Assembly (NCBI RefSeq): GCF_009914755.1
Contig: NC_060943.1
Direction: 5' to 3' (one strand)
DNA from: the human T2T-CHM13v2.0 reference genome, Homo sapiens
DNA length: 64,000 nt
Part shown: positions 54,018 through 64,000 of the stretch, piece after piece
Position numbering within the stretch: the stretch's first letter is position 1
Layout of the letters: every line of letters begins with the position of its first letter
Translations under genes and position numbers: made by a program
Notes under the pieces: model-generated
What the model was told of the DNA's origin: nothing
The model's input: only the letters and a program-made list of their open reading frames with translations
Databases searched by the model: none

Positions 54018-54689
54018 CCCTGGCTCCTTTTCTTTCTTCTTTCTCTCCTGGGCCTCTCTCTCAGTCAATATAATTAATTCTTTAAAAGTCAAATCTGAAA
54101 GTCAAAAATATGTTGTTTAATCCTTGGAAACAACACATTCCTTTCTGTGCCACAACCATGCCCACAGGGAAGGCCTCAGCATGTGGAGAGACAGCCCAGT
54201 GCACCAGGGGGATGCAAGCATAATAAACTCCTACACAAAGACCAAGTAAGTTTTTCACCCTTTTCTTCAGAACTTGTTCCCCTCCCAGAGAAGCCCCCAC
54301 ACACCCTGCAACAGTGGGGAGCTGGGCTGGACTATGCTTCCCTTCAGGACACAGACCCATCCCTGATCAAACCCCATACAGAGCACAGCCCCCTCACCTC
54401 CCTGTGGATCACAGGCTGAGCTCAGCTCTCAGAAACAGAAGACACAAAGGCTGGACGCTCAATGCTGGATACAAATTAGAATCAATTTGGGTACTTTAAA
54501 CAATATGGAGGTTGAGTCCATCCTACCTACTGGAAGTGGAATCTATGGTAAAAGGGCACAAAACGTGTATTTGCAAACTGCCTCAGCACGCTAATGTGAA
54601 GCCAGGGTTGAACACATCTTAAAGGGGGCAAGACTAGCACAGCCCCATCCTCCCAGCTCTGCTGTCCCCTTGGGGCTTCACTGTTACCA

Positions 54690-56200
54690 GTTTGTAGACA
54701 GTAGAACACAATGGACCAGAAACACAGAGACACATAATATGCACCAGGGGTGGGGTGAGGGTGTGGCTGGAGTGTTAAATGGTGAGAGGAGGGTGAGGCA
54801 CAGAAGTCCCAATGGAGAAGGTGATATCAGAACAAAGACCTCAAGAAGGAAGGATGTTTGCACCTGCAGCTGAGGGGCCAGACAGCCCAGGTAGAGGCCC
54901 TGAGGCAGGAGCAACCTCAGCCCAGGGAACAGGAAAGAGGCCTGTGTGGCTGGAGCAGAGGGAGCAGGAAGGACACAGGGAGGAGATGAGGTCAGAGAGG
55001 TTCTGGGGAGCAGATTAGGTAGAGATGAGGTATTCAAACATCTTTCTCCCACAGCTCACAGTAATTTCAGAAACTATGCATTTCCTCACCCTTTTTAAGT
55101 AAACATAACTTTTCTTTATCACATGAATTAAAGCACTTCTTTTTAATGTCATGTTTTCTCTGTTTCAAATATATGCTGACATGTAAAGCTAAAGCCAGGA
55201 AGTACAGGGTCACCATCATCTGAGATGTGCAGGAGTGCAGGGGAATGTACTTGGTGAGTTCAGGCAATCACTTTTGGTGGAGATACCTGTTAGATGGCTA
55301 AGCAGAGAGAGGAGAGGACAAAAGGACACAGAATTCTAGAGTTCAGGGGACAGGTCTGCAGGGGACATGGAGACGTGTAGGTGGGTAGGTGGGTGATATG
55401 GATCAGCTCTGTGTCCCTGGCCCAAATCTCACACTGAATTGTAATCCCCACTGTTACTGGTGGGGCCTGGTGGGAGGTGGATGGATCATGGGGGTGGATT
55501 TGTGATGAATGGTTTCACACCACCCCTTGGTGCTGTTCTTATCATAGTGAGTTCTCACGACATCTGGTTGTTTAGAAGTGTGTAGCGCCTCCCCCCTCAC
55601 TCTCTCTTGCTCCTGCTCCCGCCATGTGAGACGCCTGTTCCTCCTTCACCTGCCATGACTGGAATCTTCTTGCAGCCTCCCCAGAAGCAGATGTCGCCAT
55701 GCTTCCTGTGCAGCCTGCAGAACTGTGAGCCAATTAAACCTGTTTTCTTTATAAATTACCCAGTCTCCAGTATTTCATTATAGCAATTCAAGAATGGACT
55801 AATACAGTGGGGTTTAAATTCATAAGATGAGATGATGAGGAAAGACAGTGGGTGTGGACAGAAACAAGAAGAGGTTCAAGGACTAAGCCATGAGTCATTC
55901 CCACATTGGGAAACATTCAGAGTCAGGACACAGCAGCAGAGGAAAGTGTGAAATGGTCAGGGAGGTGACAAGAAAATCAAATAGCTCCTGACAGGCAAAG
56001 AAAGAGTAAAGCAGGAAATGAAATACATTGGATTTAGAAATGGGGAGGTCACTGGTGACTCTGAAAAATAAAGTTATCAGTGGAATGGTGGATATGAAAG
56101 TTTCATCCAATGCATTCAAGACACAATTGGAGGCAACAAGTGAAGACAGAGACTCTGAACAAGATTGTATTGTATTATGGTCTTAAATGAAGCACAGAAG
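54690..56200. mobile_element. L2 fragments flanking the MST LTR
   Basis: gtgtggctggagcagag...ggatttagaaatggggaggtcactggtgac. Confidence 0.6.
55394..55806 (+). mobile_element. MSTA/B solo LTR
   Basis: TGATATGG...GGACTAATACA; 5-bp TSD GTGGG. Confidence 0.9.
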
Positions 56201-56424
56201 AGGGGTACTCACTACAGGCAGAAACACAGTTAATGGTATGTTTTGTTTTAATTAGGGCACAGTGGAAGGAAACTAGAGGCTTTAGGGTCTGTGTGTGTGC
56301 ATGCATTTAATGGGCAATACACCACCATCAGTAAACACTGTTTAAAGTAATTCTGTAGAAGTAAAAATGAATGACACAGTTAAACAAATTTTATGGAAGC
56401 CCAAAGTATTTTCGTTGTTTTCTT

Positions 56425-56775
56425 TTTAACTTATATTTTAAGTTCAGGGGTACATGTGCAGGACGTGCAGGCTGGTTACATAGGTAAATGGGTCATGGGG
56501 ATGTGTTGTACACATTATTTCATCATCCGGGTATTAAGCCTAGTATTCATAAGTTATTTTTCCTGATCATCTCCCTCCTCCCACCTTCCACTCTCAGGTA
56601 GATCCCAGTGTGTGTTGTTTCCCTCTATGTGTCCAAGTATTCTCATCATTTACCTCCCACTTGTAAGTGAGAACATGCAGTATTTGGTTTTCTGTTCCCG
56701 TGTTAGTTTGCTAAGGATAATGGCCTCCAGCTCCATCCATGTCCTGGGAAAGGACATGATCTCATTGTTTTTTAT
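56425..56775 (-). mobile_element. L1PA/PB 3' end fragment
   Basis: ttaagttcaggggtacatgtgcaggacgtgcagg...cccacttgtaagtgagaacatgc. Confidence 0.85.
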
Positions 56776-56919
56776 GGGAAGGCTGTTGTTTTGGACTAGC
56801 CTCCCGAACTACCAGACCAAGCCAGAATGAAGTCTCTTGTGCTGAGTGCCACATTATCAAACTGAACCTTGAAATGGGCCAGGTTTAGGGGAAAAAAAAC
56901 TCCAAAAAATAAACAGAGA

Positions 56920-57083
56920 GGCCCGGCGCGGTGGCTCACACTTGTAATCCCAGCACTTTGGGAGGCTGAGGTGGGCAAATCACCTGAGGTCAGGAGATTG
57001 AGACCAGCCTGGCCAACGTGGTGAAACCCCGTCTCTACTAAAAATACAAAAATTAGCTGGGCACGGTGGTCCATGCCTGTAAT
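56920..57083 (+). mobile_element. Partial Alu
   Basis: Left arm and start of right arm. Confidence 0.85.
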
Positions 57084-57484
57084 GACCCCACCCCCGAATA
57101 CTGGCACCACTATCTACTAAAACAGATATCTTCAATGATGCACACATGCCCCAATGAGACCCCAACATCTTCCAAGGAAACTCTCCATATTGACATTTAG
57201 ATAATGCATCCAAAATGCATCTATAACCATCTTAACGTGCAGCCCAAAATACTCCAAAAAAAAAAAAAAAAACAAAGGTAGCCCCCCTAAATGATCTCTG
57301 TGATTTTCCAGATAATACTTCGGTAAGTTGCATGATTCCTGCACTCCCAAAAGACCCCGCAGAAGTCACCATGAAAAGTGCTTATGGCAGTACAGTTCTG
57401 GGTTCCACGCTCTCAAGACCAACGAACCAACCCTCCAGCTGCCCAACCTCCCTGTGGACTCCACTTAGGCCTTGCTTCTCACTT

Positions 57485-58575
57485 CAGTTGACGATAGAAC
57501 AATATGAGTTTGGATTGTATGGGTCCATTTATAAAAGAATTTACTTCAATAAACATCTGAAAAATATTTTGAAGACTTGCAACAATTTGAAAAAACTCAC
57601 AGATGAACCATGTACCCTAATTAAGAAAAAGGTATGCCAGAAATGCATAAAATATATGTAACTATTAGTCTATTTTATCACTTAGTACCATAAAACACAC
57701 ACAAATCTATTCTAAGTTAAAATGTACCAAATTTATATAAACACCTCTAGACTGTATATGGTTCCATCTACAGTCAAAATAAATGTAAAAAAATGTAAAG
57801 ACGCAGTATTCAATCATAACTGCATTAATGAACTGTACTACATACTGAACTTCTATAATAATTTCATAGCCACCTCCCATTGCTATTGTGGTGAGCTCAG
57901 GTACCTGCTTAATGTGCCCCGTGATGTTAATCATCTCCATGTGAACTGTTAATCTCTCTAGTAAATTGCAGACCGCAGTAAAAATTGATCTCTGTGGTTC
58001 TGGCACATTTTTCATTGTTTGGTGCAATACGATAAACTCTGAATAACAACACAGGACCCATCTGAAGTGCCACTAGTGATGCTGGAAGTGCTCCCAAGAA
58101 GTAGAGAAAAGCCATGACATTATAAGAACATGTTGACTTGCTTAATACGTACCATAGATTGAGGTGTGCGATTCAGTTGCCCGCCATTTCAAGATAAATT
58201 AATCTGGTGTAAGGACCACTGTTAAAAGAGAAAATTCATGAAGCCGTCACTGCAGCTACACCAGTAGGCACGAAAACAATGTACTTTTTGCTAAATACCT
58301 TTTTTATCTCATATTGAAAATGCAGCTTTATACAGGGGCAAAATCACTATAATGAAGGCATACCTGTAGACTCTAATATGATTTGAGAAAAAGGGAAGTT
58401 ATTTTATGACAACTTTAGGAAGGTAAAGGATCTAAAGCTGGAGAGTTTGATGCCAGCAAAATATGGACTGATAATTTAAGAAGTTTGGCTTAAAAAATGT
58501 CAAGATAACAGAAGCAGCCACTCCAACCAAGAGGCAGTAGATGGGGTCCCAAATGCTATGAAGAAAATCATTAAT
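57485..58575 (+). mobile_element. Tigger2 5' part with decayed transposase N-terminus
   Basis: TIR CAGTTGAC..GAACAA..TGAGTTTG; remnant SATSDAGSAPKK*RKAMTL...VARHFKIN...FGLKNVKIT. Confidence 0.82.
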
Positions 58576-58576
58576 G

Positions 58577-58860
58577 AGCCAGGCATGATTGCTCACCCCT
58601 GTAATCCCAGCACTGTGGAAGGCCAAGGTGGGCAGGTCACTAGAGCCCAGAAGTTCCAGACCAGACTGGGCAACATGGCAAAACCCCGAGTCTACTAAAA
58701 AATACAAAAAAAAACAGCCGGACATGGTGACACACGCTTGTAGTTTCAGCTACTCGGGAGGCTGAGGTGAGAGGATGCCTTCAGCCCGGGAGGCGGACAT
58801 TACAGTGAGCCGAGGTCACATCACTGCACTCCAGCCTGAGCAACCGAGCAAAAAATAAAG
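58577..58860 (+). mobile_element. AluJ
   Basis: Alu consensus. Confidence 0.85.
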
Positions 58861-59328
58861 AAACTGTGGCATTCCAAAATGATCCATGCACAACCACTCA
58901 TAATCCCACTTCCAAGTGCTTCTGCCAGACCTAAGAAATTCCTTTCCAAGAGTTCCACATACCCCTTGCTCTTATAACCACACTTGGGACAGGTGCACAC
59001 ACCATACCATGGCTCATCTGAAGGCCCACCCTTGCTTTCTGGAGCCTTCTATGGACTCCCCTCCATTTTCCCCCATTTTTCTACCTCTCCTCCATGCATG
59101 CATGAACAAACTAGGCTAAAAGGTACAGGATCTCTGGGCACATGCAACACAGCAGGAGTGTACACAAACTGCAAACTGAAGGACCCTGGGCCTTCAGTAT
59201 GAAGACCACAAAGTTGGGCCTGCTGAGAAAACTTGCCAGCAAGTGCTGACAATATTAAGTCTAGTTTAAAGGCAGCTGGGCATTGGCTAGATTAAGTTCA
59301 GTGAGGATGTCTCAGAAGAGGGGCCCTA

Positions 59329-59945
<617 letters not shown>

Positions 59946-59947
59946 AC

Positions 59948-60381
59948 TGTAGAGAGCCAAAAGCCAAAGGGTCATGACCAACTCTGCATTCCACTGAAGG
60001 CTATATGATTAAACAGCAAACTGTTTATCATGAATGCAGGATGTGGGCAAACTCACATCTGCCCTGCCGCCAGAAGGTATGCTGAGTGCAATTACTCCCT
60101 GGCGCCATGCTCCTTGAGGTTATCTACTGAAACATCTGGAGGCTACTGTTCAGAGAATGCAGTCGTGCAAGCCTGCACCAAGTCAAGCAGCTGACTGACA
60201 ACCACCCGCTTCTCCCTATCTCCTTTACTCAATAAATATGAAGGGCTCTAAAAGCTCAGGACTCTTGCTCACTAGAAGCAAGGAGCCCCTGACCCCTTCT
60301 TCCAAATATACTCTTTTGTCTTTGTCTTTATTCCTGTGTCCGTCCCCCTTTGTTCAGTCCACAGGCATTGGGGCTGCAACA
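59948..60381 (+). mobile_element. LTR3-type (HERV-K3/HML-6) solo LTR
   Basis: 434 bp TG...CA; TSD AAGGAC/AAGGAT; AATAAA 60231. Confidence 0.85.
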
Positions 60382-61079
60382 AAGGATAAAAAAAACATTG
60401 AAGAACACACAAAGAAATGGAAAGCTATCCCATGTTCATAGATTGTAAGAATATTTTAAAATGATTAAAATGTCCATACTACCAAAAGTGATCTGCAAAT
60501 TCAGCACAATCCCTATCAACACTCCAATGCTATTTTTCACAGATAAAAAAAGAAAAAACCCTAAAACTTTTATACAACCACAAAAAACTCCAAAGAGCCA
60601 AAGCAGTGTTGAAAAAGAACATGCTAGAGGCATCATACTTTCTGATTTCAAACTATATTATAAAGGTACAGCAATCCTAACAGTATAATACTGGCATAAA
60701 AACACACAGAGAACAATCAAACACAAGAGAGCCCAGAAATAAACATGCACATATACAACTAGCCTTTGACAAGGGCACCAAGAATATACAATGAGGAAAG
60801 GACAGTCTCATCAATAAATCCTGTCGGGAAAACTGTATATTCACATTCAAAAGAATATGAAACTGGACCCTTATCTCACACTATATGCAAAGATAAACTC
60901 AAAATAGATTAAAGATTTAAATATATGATCTAAAACCGTAAAACCCCAGAAAATAGAAAAAAAGCTCCTTGACATTGATCTTGGCAATGATTTTTTTGGA
61001 TATGACACCAAAAGCCCAGGCAACAAATGGTGGGACTACATCAAACTAAAAAGTGGGACTATGTCCAACTAAAAAGTTT

Positions 61080-61406
<327 letters not shown>

Positions 61407-61901
61407 CTAAATGAAAAAGCAATTTGTAAGATGGAAGTATGTATCTGCAAACCATATATTTAATAAGTGGTTAATATCCAAAATATATAAAAACTCCTAC
61501 AATTCTACAGCAAAATACCCCAAATAATCTCAATAAAAATGGGCAAAGGACCTGAACATTTTCCAAATAAGACATACAAATGACCAACAGGTATATAATA
61601 AGATGCTCAAGATCACTAATCATCAGAGGAATGCTAATCAAAACCACCATAAGCTATCACCTCATACCTCTTACGAAGGCTATTTTAAATAGGCAAGAGA
61701 TAACAGGTGTTAGCATGATATGGAGAAAAATGAGCCCTTGTACACTGTTGCTGGGAGTGTACATCAGTACAGCCATTATGAAAAACACTATGGACATTCT
61801 TCAAAATATTAAAAATAGAACAACAATGCAATCCAGCAATCCCATTTCTGGGTATATATCCAAAGGAAATAAATGAAACCAGTATCTTTAAGAGACATCT
61901 A

Positions 61902-62590
<689 letters not shown>

Positions 62591-63062
62591 TTACTGTATG
62601 ACCTCACAAGTGGAATCTAAAAAAGTCCAATTGATAGTAACAGGGTAGAACAGTTGTTGCCACAGGCTGCTGGGGGGTGAAAATGGAAAATGTTGGTTAA
62701 AGGGTACAAATTTTCTGTTATAAAATGAAGAAGTTCTGAGGAAGCTAATGTACACCATGGTGACTATACTATATTGGACACTTTAACAGTTTGGAAAGTT
62801 TTTGAAAAATCTAATAAATTATGGGGTAAAAGTTCAAAAAATGATGGCACTTAATATTCAGAAATGAATGAGATCAGCTGATTATTGGATGCCACCAAAT
62901 CTTATTTCTGGAGTTAGCAACTATAGGAAAGAAGCAATTGAATAAAATGTATCTCAAGCTTCCAAAATAACAATTAATTAACTGTAAAGCAACTACAAAG
63001 AAAAAAGTAAATTCATTACAAAAAAACAAGACTTTCAATGCTTCTGCGAAGACATACCTTGT

Positions 63063-63245
63063 AGGCCTAGTGTGGTGGCTCACATCTGTAATTCCAGTGC
63101 GTTGAGAGGCTGAGGTGGAAAGACTGCTTGAGGCCAGGAAGTAGAAGCTGCAGTGAGCCGAGATCATGCCACTGCTCTCCAGCCTAGGCGGCAGAGAGAG
63201 ACCATGTCCCCCCCCAAAACAAAACAGAACAAAGCCAAAAAAAAC
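63063..63245 (+). mobile_element. Alu monomer (FAM/FRAM-like)
   Basis: Single arm with AC-rich tail. Confidence 0.75.
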
Positions 63246-63559
63246 ACCAAAGACATATCTTGTAGTGACAGTCAGTCATTTCTTGCCCCATTTCTCCCCT
63301 CCTTTATGCTCTACTCCATCATTGGGAAGAAGAGAGTTACCACAAATAACTGGATCAAGTCACTGCCCTCTGGCTAAATAGGAATTCCAAATATCTTTTG
63401 ATACAAATACATACAAAATGCACAAGGCTTATAGAAAAAACTTTGGTGATTTTCATCCTCATGAGTACAACTTAAACATATTTCAAATCAGAGTATAAAG
63501 CCACAAATCAATATATTACAACCACCATCCATATCCAATCAACTGTCACGCATCTGGAT

Positions 63560-64000
63560 GGGGTCCTCTCCCGCTTTCTTCACGGCTATGTGTTTCCCTC
63601 TCTCATTCTGAGCGTCTTTTTTTTCTCCTTTTCTGTTTTGCACCCCTTTCTTTATTCCCTCTTTTATGTCTGTTCTGCCCAATGCTCTGCAACTTACTTC
63701 ACCTCTCGTAGCTCTTTCTCCCCAATCTTTCCGATTGTCCCCAATCTCCACGTATTTCTGCCTCTTTTCCCCCATCTAAGCTCCCTCTCTGCTCTCCTTG
63801 TTAAATTCCCTCTTCCCTGTTACATCTCCTTTGTTCCCACTCTCTAGCACCCCCAATTTCCTAGGCTTACTCCCTGCTGTGGTTCTCCCTCTACTCTGCT
63901 TGTCACCCACTGCCCTCTCTCCCTCTCTTTCAGTCCCAGCACCACGTAGCTCTGTCAGCCGCGGCTCCAACTCTTTCACCTTCTCCCCACTGTCTGTCTG
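63560..64000. repeat. Pyrimidine-rich low-complexity tract, probably ZNF841 intron 1
   Basis: Strong C/T skew on the + strand. Confidence 0.55.

Noticed and set aside
58055-58575. Domesticated Tigger transposase gene
   Set aside because: Multiple stops and frameshifts, truncated by an Alu
58960-59120. Candidate ZNF841 5' UTR exons (also ~54165-54230)
   Set aside because: Unique sequence with several possible AG/GT pairs; boundaries cannot be fixed without transcripts

Overview
Primate (human-like), repeat-dense DNA containing two tandem minus-strand KRAB-C2H2 zinc-finger genes. I recognise them as ZNF432 and ZNF841, which points to the chr19q13.41 cluster. ZNF432 is complete: CpG promoter ~17.8-18.6 kb; coding exons 16066-16052, 10804-10678, 9781-9686, 4638-2918 = 652 aa, 16 fingers. 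ZNF841 has coding exons 54017-54003, 46300-46174, 45388-45260, 36826-34323 = 924 aa, 20 intact plus 3 degenerate fingers; its promoter appears to lie beyond the right edge. The rest is about 40 Alus (one AluYb8), a 5'-truncated L1PA, old L1M/L2/MIR, DNA transposons (MER2, MER30, Tigger2), MaLR LTRs, a truncated MER51 provirus, five HERV-K-supergroup LTRs (LTR5_Hs, LTR5A/B, MER11, two LTR3) and a tailless 5S rRNA retropseudogene. I found no clearly new biological system. The best leads are fossil zinc-finger arrays beyond both stop codons, an LTR that may supply the ZNF841 poly(A) site, LTR5 copies bracketing the ZNF432 promoter, nested retroelements, a duplicated YY1 promoter module, a (UG)38 intronic tract and in-frame ZNF841-to-ZNF432 splice compatibility. 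Repeat subfamily names come from recall of consensus sequences, and repeat boundaries without stated TSDs are approximate.
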